Source: an uncultured Anaerolineales bacterium (GTDB lineage Bacteria > Chloroflexota > Anaerolineae > B4-G1). Taken from it: 62,975 nt of DNA. Below are positions 51,766-61,644 of the stretch, one piece after another. A program made the translations under genes and the position numbers. How positions within the stretch are numbered: the stretch's first letter is position 1; each line of letters opens with the position of its first letter. The notes under the pieces are model-generated. The model was given only the letters and a program-made list of their open reading frames with translations. It was not told the origin of the DNA and searched no databases. The stretch is taken from the NCBI GenBank assembly GCA_964450435.1, contig CAYVCX010000004.1, positions 32,982 through 95,956 of the forward strand. Direction: 5' to 3'.

Positions 51766-53616
51766 ATGAAGCACATTCGTTGGACCTTACTCATGGCCCT
51801 GGTGGTGGGGTTCCTGTTGACCACTGCCAGCCACGCTCAGACACAGAGACTCCATTGGGAACGGTTTGACGTAAACATCACGGTCCTGGACAATGGCAAC
51901 TTCCAGGTCGAAGAGGTCCAGGCGATCACCTTCACCAGTGGGACTTTCCGCTTTGGATACCGTAGCATACCCATGGATCGCCTTGAGGATATCACGGATG
52001 TCGAGGTGTGGGAAGGGAACCGCCGGTATGAGGCAGGCCGGGGCGGCGAGTACACGTATCAGACCTCGGTAGACGACGGAGATCTTCGGATCGACTGGTA
52101 CTTCCCCCCTACCTCGAACTCGTCTCACACGTTCATCCTGCGCTACACGGTTGAAGGCGGTCTGCGCTACTATGAGGACGGCGACCAGTTGTACTGGAAG
52201 GCGGTCTACGCCGATCGTCAGTTCCCGGTCTACGATGCGACAGTGACCGTGCATCTGCCGGACAGTGCCGAAGCCGACCCAGTAGCAGCGTACTCCACCG
52301 AAGCGTCGGTCTCGGGCAGAGGCACCAGTACGGTTGTGTTTAGGGCGCAGGAGACGATAGACCCCGGCCAGGAGTTCGAGGTCCGCGTCCAGTTCCCCCA
52401 CGGCATCGTAGAAGGATCCAAGCCAGCCTGGCAGGCAGGCTACGACCGGCGAGTAGCCTGGGAGGAGCGATACAAGGGCGTCGCGGACCTGGGTCTGGGC
52501 GCGCTTGGGGTACTGTTCCTCGTCGGTGGGCCGCTGTCTCTGGTGCTCCTGTGGTACGTGCGGGGCCGAGACCTGGAAGTGTCGGTCCCCGCAGAGTATC
52601 TATCGAAGCCGCCATCCTCTGATCCACCCGGGATCGCCGGCACCCTCGTGGACGAGAAGGCTGACATGGAGGACATCATCGCGACGCTCGTGGATCTCGC
52701 TCGGCGAGGCTACGTGATTATCGAGGAGAACCAAAAGCGCGGCCTGCTAGGCACGGCCAATTTTGACTTCACGTTCCGCCGTACCGACAAGGATGCCGAT
52801 GACCTGCTCGACTACGAGCGCCAACTGCTCAAGGAGGTCTTTAAGGGGCGCGGTTCGCGCCGGATGTCACAGTTGCGCAACAAGTTTTACCAAGCCATCC
52901 CCGAGCTCCAGAGGAAGCTCTACCAACAGACAGTCGAGCGAGGCTATTTCACCGCCAGCCCTAATAAGATTCGTCGGCGTTACGCAGCACTGGGAATTGT
53001 GGCACTCGTAGGGGCATTCGCCTGTGGGATTATCGGCATTGCCACCCTGTCGGAGTACAGTCAGGCTGTGATCTGCCCCTTCGCTGGAATCGGAATTACA
53101 GCCATCGGACTGGTAATTGTCGGCCAATGGATGCCATCAAAGACTCACGAGGGATCGGAGCAAGCAGCTCTTTGGGAGGCGTTCGAACGCTATCTGAGAG
53201 ACATCGAGCGCTACACAGACCTCGCCGAAGCCACAGCCCAGTTCGAGAAGTTCCTGCCGTACGCCATTGCGTTCGGCATTGACCGAGATTGGGTGCGCAA
53301 GTTCTCGAGCATCGACACGGCCGTTCCTGTCCCGGCCTGGTACTTGCCGATGCCGCGAACAAGTCGTGGTGGCGCCGCCGGCCGACCCCCAGGGCTGGGT
53401 AGGGCAGCGACGTCGCGGGGCTCTGCGCCTTCGCTGCAGGGTATGTCCGACGGCATGTCGGGTGGGCTCCAGAGCATGTCTGATGGCTTGACGTCCATGC
53501 TCAACTCGGCAGGCAGCACTTTGTCCAGCCAGCCCAGCAGTTCTGGGAGCGGCAGCGGCTTCTCTGGTGGTGGCGGGGGCGGCGGAGGCGGCGGCGGAGG
53601 CGGCGGGTTCGGGTAG
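51766..53616 (+). CDS. DUF2207 domain membrane protein
   Basis: Signal peptide, beta-rich ectodomain (V.E, LYW), TMs, LPYAIAFG, Gly/Ser-rich tail. Confidence 0.88.
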   Translation: MKHIRWTLLMALVVGFLLTTASHAQTQRLHWERFDVNITVLDNGNFQVEEVQAITFTSGTFRFGYRSIPMDRLEDITDVEVWEGNRRYEAGRGGEYTYQTSVDDGDLRIDWYFPPTSNSSHTFILRYTVEGGLRYYEDGDQLYWKAVYADRQFPVYDATVTVHLPDSAEADPVAAYSTEASVSGRGTSTVVFRAQETIDPGQEFEVRVQFPHGIVEGSKPAWQAGYDRRVAWEERYKGVADLGLGALGVLFLVGGPLSLVLLWYVRGRDLEVSVPAEYLSKPPSSDPPGIAGTLVDEKADMEDIIATLVDLARRGYVIIEENQKRGLLGTANFDFTFRRTDKDADDLLDYERQLLKEVFKGRGSRRMSQLRNKFYQAIPELQRKLYQQTVERGYFTASPNKIRRRYAALGIVALVGAFACGIIGIATLSEYSQAVICPFAGIGITAIGLVIVGQWMPSKTHEGSEQAALWEAFERYLRDIERYTDLAEATAQFEKFLPYAIAFGIDRDWVRKFSSIDTAVPVPAWYLPMPRTSRGGAAGRPPGLGRAATSRGSAPSLQGMSDGMSGGLQSMSDGLTSMLNSAGSTLSSQPSSSGSGSGFSGGGGGGGGGGGGGGFG

Positions 53617-53657
53617 GCCAATACGACGGGGGACACATCACGGAGGCAAAGAACAAC

Positions 53658-54185
53658 ATGAACACGGGCAAGACTACCGGAGTCATCCTTATTCTGGCTG
53701 GCGTGGGCATATGCGTCGTGTCTGGGGCATGGCTCCTCGCCAGTGCCGCCGGCCCCGAGAGCAACCTCGCGTTGTCAGGAGCGGTCCTGGGAGGGGCACT
53801 TGCCTTCATGCTGGCTGCCCCGGCGGTCGGGGCTGGTGTCTTCCTATTCGTGCGCGGGCAGCGCGAGGCCGGTCAGATGGCTGAGGTGGAGAAGCAACAG
53901 AAGCTGCTGGGCATGATCGAAGCGCAGGGGCAGGTGTCGATCCCCGAGGCCGCTATAGAGCTGGACGTGAATCGCGATCAGGTCAAGGCCTGGATCTACA
54001 GTCTCGTCGATAAGGACCTGTTCGCCGGCTACATCAACTGGGACGAACGTGTGCTGTACTCGCGTGACGCCAGTCAGATGCGAGGCAATAACCGGTGTCC
54101 CAACTGTGGCGGCGAACTGGAATTGGCTGGTAAGGGCGTCGTCAAGTGCCCCTACTGCGGGGTGGAGATCTTCCTTACCGAATGA
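53658..54185 (+). CDS. Membrane protein with winged-helix/PCI-like region and C-terminal zinc ribbon
   Basis: 2 TMs, GYINW, CPNCG...CPYCG. Confidence 0.75.
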   Translation: MNTGKTTGVILILAGVGICVVSGAWLLASAAGPESNLALSGAVLGGALAFMLAAPAVGAGVFLFVRGQREAGQMAEVEKQQKLLGMIEAQGQVSIPEAAIELDVNRDQVKAWIYSLVDKDLFAGYINWDERVLYSRDASQMRGNNRCPNCGGELELAGKGVVKCPYCGVEIFLTE

Positions 54186-54272
54186 CACCGTTCAACGGAT
54201 CAGGGCTTGCAACGTGTGGGCGGAAGAGCAGTGTGGGGAATGCAGGGAGATTTGACAAGGAGGATCCTCGAG

Positions 54273-54794
54273 ATGGCCGACATTCAAGACAGAATCGAGC
54301 AGGAGTACGCAGCTGCCGAAAAGGTAATCGACGCAATCCCGGGTTGGAGCGGCTATCAGAAGCGGCAAAAGCGGCGACAGGCCGACAAGCTACTGCGGGA
54401 GACGCTGGCCGATAAGCTCGCGGCACAGCGTCGGCGGCTGAACGCGGCTCAGAAGAAGCTGCTCAAACACGGGCGTATGGATCTGGTGGACGACCTGGAA
54501 AGCGCCCAGACTCAACTCAAGACATTTGCAGACCGGGTGCGGTTCGCCAGTTATGGCTATGCCGGTCTTTTCGACGCGGTTAAGATCGAAGAGCATGAGC
54601 TGAAGCAGCTGTATGATTTCGATGCAGCGCTGTTTGATTACGTCTCACGGTTGGACACCGCGAACGACCACCTGTCACAGGCGATCTCGGAAGGCGCAGG
54701 TGTGGAGGACACGATCGACGTCATCCAGGAGATCGTGGGAGAGGCGAACGACACGTTCGACCGCCGCCAGCGGTTGATCCTGGAATCTGAGTGA
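54273..54794 (+). CDS. Conserved alpha-helical hypothetical protein
   Basis: IPGWSGY....RR.ADKLLR, A.YGYAG.FD; AAGGAGG RBS. Confidence 0.72.
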   Translation: MADIQDRIEQEYAAAEKVIDAIPGWSGYQKRQKRRQADKLLRETLADKLAAQRRRLNAAQKKLLKHGRMDLVDDLESAQTQLKTFADRVRFASYGYAGLFDAVKIEEHELKQLYDFDAALFDYVSRLDTANDHLSQAISEGAGVEDTIDVIQEIVGEANDTFDRRQRLILESE

Positions 54795-54863
54795 TGACGA
54801 AACCCCGGAGGGTCTCCATAAGGCGCCAGGAGCCCCAGAATCTCTATTGAGGAGGCAGCTACA

Positions 54864-55907
54864 ATGGCACGAGTCTTTGACGTAATAGAATCTGTAGATG
54901 AATCGAGATCACAGATGGTCACTCGTGTTCCCGAAAGGGGATCGGGTGACTTCCGTATCGGCTCTCAGTTGATTGTTCGGGAGAGTCAGGCCGCGGTCTT
55001 CTTCCGGGACGGGCATGCGCTGGACACGTTCGGTCCCGGCCGACACACAATCACCACGGCGAACATCCCACTCCTTGTCGGGCTCGTCGGGAAAGCGTTT
55101 TCCGGGGAGTCGCCGTTCAAGGCGGAAGCGTATTTTGTCAGCTTGCGCGAGTTCACCGACCTCAAGTGGGGTACCCCCACTCCGATCACCATGAAGGACT
55201 CAGAGCTGGGGATGGCGCGGGTCCAGGCGCGCGGGACGTACGGCCTGCAGATCGTCGACCCGCAGCTCTTCGTGAACAAGATCGTCGGCACCCAGGGGCT
55301 CTACCGCACACCGAATATCGAGGGCTTTTTCCGCTCCATGCTTCTCACAAAGCTCGCGGACCTCATCGGCGAGATGGGGAATTCGGTCATCGAGATTGCT
55401 GCAATGACCGAAGAGATTGTGGCGGCGGTCAGAGCCAAGGCAGCTGAGGAGTTTGCCGCTCGGGGTGTCACCCTGACCTCCGTGTACGCCGAGTACATCG
55501 GCCCGACAGAGGAGACTGCCAAGGCGATCGACGAGCGAGCCTCGATGGGCGCCATCGGCGACATGCAGGCCTACATGCAGTTCCAGGCGGCACGGGGCAT
55601 GCGGGACGCAGCACAGCAGCCGGGGGGCACCGCCGGTGCAGGCGTCGGCCTGGGCGCGGGCGTCGGTATGGGCGCAGCGATGGCCCAGATGATGGCGCAG
55701 AGCATGCAACAGCCAGGTCAACAGCAGCCAGCCCAGCAACAGGCAGCAGGCGCCAGTGCTTCAGCGCCCAGCACTGTTCAAGAGGTAGAGGACATGCTGG
55801 ACAGTCTGGACGCGCGGCTGATGAATGGGGAAATCAGCGAGGATCTGTACAACAAACTCCACTCCAAGTGGGAGGCGAGGCTGGACGAGCTGAAAGGGAA
55901 TGAGTAG
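54864..55907 (+). CDS. SPFH/Band-7 protein (YdjI-like) with SHOCT-like C-terminus
   Basis: GSQLIVRESQ.A.F..DG, GPGRHT..T.NIP, KWGT..P, AGAGVGLG, GEISED.Y. Confidence 0.85.
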   Translation: MARVFDVIESVDESRSQMVTRVPERGSGDFRIGSQLIVRESQAAVFFRDGHALDTFGPGRHTITTANIPLLVGLVGKAFSGESPFKAEAYFVSLREFTDLKWGTPTPITMKDSELGMARVQARGTYGLQIVDPQLFVNKIVGTQGLYRTPNIEGFFRSMLLTKLADLIGEMGNSVIEIAAMTEEIVAAVRAKAAEEFAARGVTLTSVYAEYIGPTEETAKAIDERASMGAIGDMQAYMQFQAARGMRDAAQQPGGTAGAGVGLGAGVGMGAAMAQMMAQSMQQPGQQQPAQQQAAGASASAPSTVQEVEDMLDSLDARLMNGEISEDLYNKLHSKWEARLDELKGNE

Positions 55908-56047
55908 GCGCGCTGGCAGAGGAGCGTGAGGCCGTCTGGCTTTGTGTCTCGGCTGTCCGGCGACCAGTAGGCCCTTTTTGCGCCAAGGGCCATAAGGACA
56001 GGCGCTACATCTCGCTGGGACACACAGATGGACGGCCGAGCCCGACC

Positions 56048-56079
56048 GACAATTCCCCTTCCGCCGAAGGGGAATTGTC
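56048..56079. repeat. Perfect 14-bp inverted repeat (hairpin, possible terminator)
   Basis: GACAATTCCCCTTC-CGCC-GAAGGGGAATTGTC. Confidence 0.75.
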
Positions 56080-56243
56080 CTGACTCCCCTGGTTTCGCTC
56101 GGGTGGCAAGAAGCCCCAGTCCGTCGTAAATCGGTCTCAGGCGATCGACGAACCCTGTTCCCGGTCTGGAGCCAGCGGTCCAGACAGCATCGAAATCGAC
56201 TCTGCCCGGACGATCTTGCGAACTGACCGCCGGAGTGAAACAC

Positions 56244-57497
56244 ATGCGGCTTTACAACACACTCTCCCGCAGCCTGGAATCGTTTGCCCCGCAGAAGGAG
56301 CCGGTCACCGCCTACGTCTGCGGCATCACGCCCTACGACACCACCCACCTGGGTCACGCATTCACCTACACTGCCCTCGACGTCCTCATCCGATACATGG
56401 AGTTCCGAGATCACCGAGTGCGATACGTACAGAACGTCACCGATATCGACGACGACATCTTGCGCAAGGCGAAGGAGGTGGGGGAGAACTGGAAGAAGGT
56501 GGGAGACCGCTGGACAGCGCGTTTTATCCGTGAGATGGTGAGCCTCAACGTTCGGCCGCCAGATGAGTTCCCTCGGGCCACCGAGGTCATCCCTCAGATC
56601 ATCGATACCGTACGGCAGCTGGTGGAGGCAGGAATTGCTTACCCATCAGGGGGCAGCGTCTACTTTCACGTCGATGCATGGCCCGAGTACGGAAAGTTGA
56701 GCCGTCTCCCCCGCGACAAGATGCTTCCCATCGCCAACGAGCGAGGCAACAACCCCAAGGACCCCAACAAACGCGACCCTCTCGACTTCGTCCTGTGGCA
56801 AGCCCGGTCGCCGGAGGAGCCCTGCTGGGACAGCCCCTGGGGCCCCGGTCGCCCAGGGTGGCATATCGAATGCTCGACGATGGCCGTGGGTTTCCTCGGC
56901 AACACGATCGACGTGCACAGCGGCGGCGCAGATCTTACCTTCCCGCATCACGAGAGCGAGATTGCCCAGGCCGAAGCTGCAACGGGCGAGAGGCCCTTCG
57001 TCCGCTACTGGATCCATACAGCCATGGTCCGCCATGAAGGACAGAAGATGAGCAAGTCTCTGGGTAACCTCATCATGGTGGGGGATCTTCTGGAAGACTG
57101 GTCGCCAGACGCCCTGAGGCTCTACCTGGCGGGCCACCATTACCGCGAGCCCTGGAGCCACAGTCGCCGGGAGCTAGAGCGAGCCGATCGGCTGGCCACG
57201 AGACTTCGGAAAGCTGTCGAGGTGGAAGGGGGCGGACTCGCAGCGCTGGAAGGACGCTCTTACCTGGAGAGCTTTGTCGAGGCGATGGACGACGACATCG
57301 ACACCACATCCGCCCTTGGTCATCTGGAGGACCTGGCGCGGGCGATCGTGGATGCTGCGGAGGACCAACGGGACGTACGAGCCGCGCAGCAGACCCTCCG
57401 CTCGATGAGCGGCGTGTTTGGCCTGCGCCTGGACGCCGACGCGGCCGATGCGGATGTCATCGGACGATGGACCGATTACCTAAAGGGGTTTAGCTAG
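56244..57497 (+). CDS. CysRS paralog / MshC-like cysteine ligase
   Basis: CGITPYDTTHLGH, QNVTDIDD, GRPGWHIEC, FPHHE, KMSKS; about 417 aa with a truncated C-terminus. Confidence 0.82.
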   Translation: MRLYNTLSRSLESFAPQKEPVTAYVCGITPYDTTHLGHAFTYTALDVLIRYMEFRDHRVRYVQNVTDIDDDILRKAKEVGENWKKVGDRWTARFIREMVSLNVRPPDEFPRATEVIPQIIDTVRQLVEAGIAYPSGGSVYFHVDAWPEYGKLSRLPRDKMLPIANERGNNPKDPNKRDPLDFVLWQARSPEEPCWDSPWGPGRPGWHIECSTMAVGFLGNTIDVHSGGADLTFPHHESEIAQAEAATGERPFVRYWIHTAMVRHEGQKMSKSLGNLIMVGDLLEDWSPDALRLYLAGHHYREPWSHSRRELERADRLATRLRKAVEVEGGGLAALEGRSYLESFVEAMDDDIDTTSALGHLEDLARAIVDAAEDQRDVRAAQQTLRSMSGVFGLRLDADAADADVIGRWTDYLKGFS

Positions 57498-57623
57498 CAG
57501 AGTATTCCCTCCCCCGCCTTGGCTGGCCGCCACCAGCGAGCGGTAGACTACCCAGCACCGGCGAATAGCAGTGAGGGACAACCCCGCGAGCGACAACGTC
57601 GCTCATGACGAGGAGAGAACACC

Positions 57624-58094
57624 GTGCGCAAGCAACCTACCTCCCGGATGTGTTTCGTCTGCGGCCGAGACAACCCGCTGGGCCTGAAACTGGAGTTCTA
57701 CGAAGATTTGGAGGCGGATCAGGTCAGGGCAGACGTGACCATCCCGAATGAGTACCAGGGATATCCCGGAGTGGTGCACGGCGGAATCGTCTCCGCCATC
57801 CTGGATGAGGTCTCTGGAAGGGCAGTGATGTTACACGAAGGGGACGAACGGCTGATGGCGACGCTCCAGATGACCGTGCGGTTCCGGCGCCCGACCCCGA
57901 TTGGGACACCACTGATGGTCGTGGGCTGGGTGAGGCAGGTCGGAGGCGTGGGTGCCAAGGTTGGCGGCGAGATTCGCCTGCCCGACGGTACGATCACTGC
58001 GGAATGCGAGTCTTTGCTGGTCGAGCCACCGTCAGAGTTCAAGGAGGGGTGGGAGCGGGAGAAGCCGTACTGGAAGACGCCCGACCAAGCGTAA
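57624..58094 (+). CDS. PaaI-family hotdog thioesterase
   Basis: CFVCG.DNP.GL, GYPGVVHGG...ILDE. Confidence 0.9.
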   Translation: MRKQPTSRMCFVCGRDNPLGLKLEFYEDLEADQVRADVTIPNEYQGYPGVVHGGIVSAILDEVSGRAVMLHEGDERLMATLQMTVRFRRPTPIGTPLMVVGWVRQVGGVGAKVGGEIRLPDGTITAECESLLVEPPSEFKEGWEREKPYWKTPDQA

Positions 58095-58158
58095 CGGGGA
58101 AGCACAGACGTCGCAAGGCGAGAGACAAGGGCTTAGGAGCTGACTCAGGAGGACAGAG

Positions 58159-59139
58159 ATGCTCGCCGTCGTATTGGCTGCCGGACGCGGCACCAGACTC
58201 GCGCCGCTGACCGCCGAGCGCTCCAAGGCGACGCTCCCGATCGCGGGAAGGCCGATGATCGAGCGGGTGTTGGACATGCTGGAACGGGGCGGCGTCGAGC
58301 GGCTCATCATTGTCGCGCACCCAGGAGATCGCGACCTTGTCAAAGCACTGAACCAATCGCGGTGGGCCCAACAGATTCAGCTGACCTACCAGGAGCAGAG
58401 GCTGGGGATGGCTCATGCCTTGCAGGCAGCTGCGCCGTTGGTTCGCCAGGAGGCAGTCTCGGACTTCCTGCTCGCTTCTTGCGACAGCCTCTACCCCAAC
58501 GGTCACGTCGCGAGCTTGATCAAGCATCACCGCGAGGAAGGGCTGGACGCCACCCTGACATTGATGTGGACCTCACGGCACGAAGCCACGCCAAGCGCTA
58601 TCGTCATCCGACGGGATGGGCTGATAACGGACATCATTGAGAAGCCGTCCCCCGACGAGATTCCCCAAGGCCAAAGCCGACGGGCACTGAGCGCGCCATC
58701 GCTGTATGCGCTATCAGCCGAGATTCTCCGCCACCTGGCCCTGGTGAGGCCGTCAGTACGGGGCGAGTATGAGTTCCCCGACGCCCTGCGTCTCCTGATG
58801 GCTGATGGGGGCGCGGTGGGCGGTGTACCCGTGGAGGAACGAATGACACTCACCGAGCCAGGTGATCTGCTGGCGATCAACCGCCACTTTCTGCGCCATG
58901 ATCCCAGCAGCACTGTCATCGAGGCTGAGCTTCCTTCTGATGTGACGATCCGCCCCCCGGTGCGCGTTGAGGACGGGATCCGGCTGGACTCAGGATGCGA
59001 GATCGGCCCGGAGGTCTATCTGGAAAGCGGCTGTAGGATCTTCGAAGGGGCCAGTGTTCGTCGGGCTGTCGTCCTGCGGGGGGGGGCGGTTGAAGCCAAT
59101 CAGATCGTCGATGGGGCCGTGATCAGCAGCAGCCGCTGA
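58159..59139 (+). CDS. Sugar-phosphate nucleotidyltransferase with short left-handed beta-helix
   Basis: LAAGRGTRL.PLT...K, Q...GM.HA, IEKP, RGEYE; hexapeptide C-terminus. Confidence 0.88.
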   Translation: MLAVVLAAGRGTRLAPLTAERSKATLPIAGRPMIERVLDMLERGGVERLIIVAHPGDRDLVKALNQSRWAQQIQLTYQEQRLGMAHALQAAAPLVRQEAVSDFLLASCDSLYPNGHVASLIKHHREEGLDATLTLMWTSRHEATPSAIVIRRDGLITDIIEKPSPDEIPQGQSRRALSAPSLYALSAEILRHLALVRPSVRGEYEFPDALRLLMADGGAVGGVPVEERMTLTEPGDLLAINRHFLRHDPSSTVIEAELPSDVTIRPPVRVEDGIRLDSGCEIGPEVYLESGCRIFEGASVRRAVVLRGGAVEANQIVDGAVISSSR

Positions 59140-59238
59140 GGTTTCTCCACTCCGGCGGTGGGCACCGCCTCGACACAAGAAGACGTCAGTGATAGGCGCC
59201 GGCCTCTGACCTCCCGCCCCATCGATGTGACAGCGCTC

Positions 59239-60243
59239 CTACAAATCAGGCACCGTGCGCTTGAGAATCTCGTACCGCTCCAGCCCCATGCCGGCTCCCA
59301 GCGCAACGCAGGCCATCGGTGCATCCGCCACATAAGCGGCCACACCGGTCTCTTTGGTGATCAATTCATCGATCCTCCGCAGCAAGGCACCACCACCGAT
59401 CAGCGTCATTCCACGATCGATGATATCGGAGGAAAGCTCCGGGGGCGTCCGCTCCAGCATGGCCTTTATCATCGACATCACCGCTGACAGCGGCTCTGAC
59501 AATGCCTCGGCCACCTCCTCCGATGTCACTGTGATGCGGTGGGGAAGACCAGCCACCTGGTCGCGCCCCTGCACGTCGATCGACTTCTCCTCTTCCAACG
59601 GGAGGGCGGCACCGATACGAACCTTGACCTTCTCCGCCGTCATCTCACCGATCATCAGGTTATACTTACGCCGGATGTAGGCCTGTATGGCCTCGTTCAT
59701 GCGCACCCCGCCGATGCGCACCGAGTTCGCGCGGACCACGCCATTCAGCGAGATGACGGCGGCCTGGCTTGTCCCGCCACCCATGTTCACCACCATGCTC
59801 CCCGCTGCAGTGTCCACCGGCAAGCCAGCACCAATGGCGCCGGCCAAGGGCTCCGGTATGAGATGCGCCTCGCTGGCCCCGGCATCAAGAGCTGCCTCGC
59901 GAACGGCCCGCCGCTCGACACTCGTCACTCCGTATGGCACGCTCACCATCACCCTCGGTTTGAGAAGATTGAAGCGGCCACACGCCTTACGAATGAAGTA
60001 TTCCAGCATGCGATAGGTCACGCGATAGTCGGCGATGACGCCATCCCGCATGGGGCGCAGAACCTCGATGCTATCGGGCGCGCGTCCCATCATGGTGCTC
60101 GCCTCCTCGCCCACAGCCATAATCCGGTATTCCTCCGGGGAGATGGCTACGATGGATGGCTCCTGCAGGACAATCCCTCGCCCAACGACGTGAACGAGCA
60201 CATTAACCGTACCCAGGTCAATTCCCAGCTGCTTCTGAAACAT
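59239..60243 (-). CDS. mreB: Rod shape-determining actin-like protein MreB/Mbl
   Basis: [42 protein letters not shown]. Confidence 0.95.
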   Translation of the reverse strand: MFQKQLGIDLGTVNVLVHVVGRGIVLQEPSIVAISPEEYRIMAVGEEASTMMGRAPDSIEVLRPMRDGVIADYRVTYRMLEYFIRKACGRFNLLKPRVMVSVPYGVTSVERRAVREAALDAGASEAHLIPEPLAGAIGAGLPVDTAAGSMVVNMGGGTSQAAVISLNGVVRANSVRIGGVRMNEAIQAYIRRKYNLMIGEMTAEKVKVRIGAALPLEEEKSIDVQGRDQVAGLPHRITVTSEEVAEALSEPLSAVMSMIKAMLERTPPELSSDIIDRGMTLIGGGALLRRIDELITKETGVAAYVADAPMACVALGAGMGLERYEILKRTVPDL

Positions 60244-60624
60244 ACCGCCTTCCCAGTCCTGTAGTGTAGTCTTGTATATGTAGGTGCGACACCAAACATG
60301 ACGCGATCCGACAGTCCGCTGGTTGATCGCAGACGGCAGATCGCCAACCTATCAAGGGCCCCCGACGGGCAGCAGGCGTCTTCGGGGGACAAGTCGGGAG
60401 AATGATACACGAGATCCATCGAGTTGTCCAGTTCTCTTGCCGCTGAATGAGCGTCCTGCCATCTGCGTGGGCAGGGTGATCCACACGCGCGGGCGGGGGA
60501 CCACAGAACTCGACACCGTTTTATGGGATCGAGGCCGGATTCGAGCTCGCGCCCGGCAGTGTTCAGACATCCTGGTGCCAGACGAGTCACCGCCCCGGGC
60601 GGCGGCCACGCTTCCGCGGCACCG

Positions 60625-60652
60625 TTGACTCGGCCATCACTTGTGCTATACT
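60625..60652 (+). promoter_or_regulatory. Sigma70-type promoter
   Basis: TTGACT-N16-TATACT with TG. Confidence 0.65.
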
Positions 60653-60733
60653 ATGAGACAATTCGACGAGCAAGGCGCATCGGCACAAAGAACGGCGATT
60701 GACGAACGATACAGATGGAAGGAGAACCACACG

Positions 60734-60979
60734 ATGGTGAGCGACGATCTCTTGGACATCTTGCGATGTCCCTACTGTGTCAGCGGCGAAACCCGGAAGT
60801 CCGGTGACGACCCGGGGCAGCTCGAACTTATCCACGACACATGGTTGGTCTGCCAGGAGCCTGATTGCGATCGGAAGTACCCGATCCGAGATGACATCCC
60901 CGTGATGCTCATTGAGGAGGGAGACAAGTGGGCGAATACGGCAGTGGACGAGTTGCCCGTTCCACCGCCAGCCGAGTAG
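60734..60979 (+). CDS. Trm112-like protein
   Basis: LLDILRCP.C...L.C...C...YPIRDDIPVML. Confidence 0.85.
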   Translation: MVSDDLLDILRCPYCVSGETRKSGDDPGQLELIHDTWLVCQEPDCDRKYPIRDDIPVMLIEEGDKWANTAVDELPVPPPAE

Positions 60980-60983
60980 GCGC

Positions 60984-61214
60984 ATGTATAAGTGGATTGT
61001 AGTCACGTTGGCCGCCGCCTCAGTGCTGTTGCTGGTCGCCGGCCTGATGGCTCTGATTCTCCCTGACGCCCACGAAGGTCCCGAGATATACCGCATCGAC
61101 GAAATGCACTCGCTGCGGGCCCTTGACCTCGCGGGCGGGGCAATGCTCACGGCAGGATGTGCGGTGGCATGGGCTGCCGGTCTGAAGTGGCAGCGGCATA
61201 CGGATGGCCCCTAG
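60984..61214 (+). CDS. Small 2-TM hypothetical protein
   Basis: Two hydrophobic segments; tightly packed in the operon. Confidence 0.6.
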   Translation: MYKWIVVTLAAASVLLLVAGLMALILPDAHEGPEIYRIDEMHSLRALDLAGGAMLTAGCAVAWAAGLKWQRHTDGP

Positions 61215-61644
61215 AGAACCAGGGACGTACGCCCTGATCCTGCGACTTCTGGGACCGGTCACGATCAAGGTGGGGCAGCTGGGCCGATTCAGGTTCGACC
61301 GAGGATGGTACGCCTACGCCGGCAGCGCCCGTGGGCCGGGAGGGCTAGGAGCCCGGGTCGACCATCACTGCCGAACTACCAAGACCCGGCACTGGCACAT
61401 CGACTACCTGCGGCCTCACGGGAAACCGGTCGCAGTATGGTACAGCGTCGGACCCGAGAGACGCGAGTGTCGCTGGGCTCAAGCGCTATTGGAGCTTTCC
61501 GGCGCCTCCACCCCAGCACCTCGTTTCGGCGCTTCCGACTGCCGCTGCCCAGCCCACCTCATCGGCTATCCCTCCCTTCCCGCCTTCCCCGCGTTCGGCC
61601 ACTCGGTGGATGGGCCTGTCTTGGAGGAGCTTCTCGATGTCTGA
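61204..61644 (+). CDS. GIY-YIG/Uri superfamily nuclease (DUF123)
   Basis: GTYAL, Y.Y.GSA.GPGG...R..HH, WHIDYL, EC, FGASDC.C..HL. Confidence 0.88.
   Translation: MAPREPGTYALILRLLGPVTIKVGQLGRFRFDRGWYAYAGSARGPGGLGARVDHHCRTTKTRHWHIDYLRPHGKPVAVWYSVGPERRECRWAQALLELSGASTPAPRFGASDCRCPAHLIGYPSLPAFPAFGHSVDGPVLEELLDV

Noticed and set aside
53560-53616. GGC-rich low-complexity repeat
   Set aside because: Encodes the Gly-rich tail normal for DUF2207 proteins
59078-59086. G9 tract in the nucleotidyltransferase gene
   Set aside because: In frame (RGGA) and near the 3' end, so no disruption
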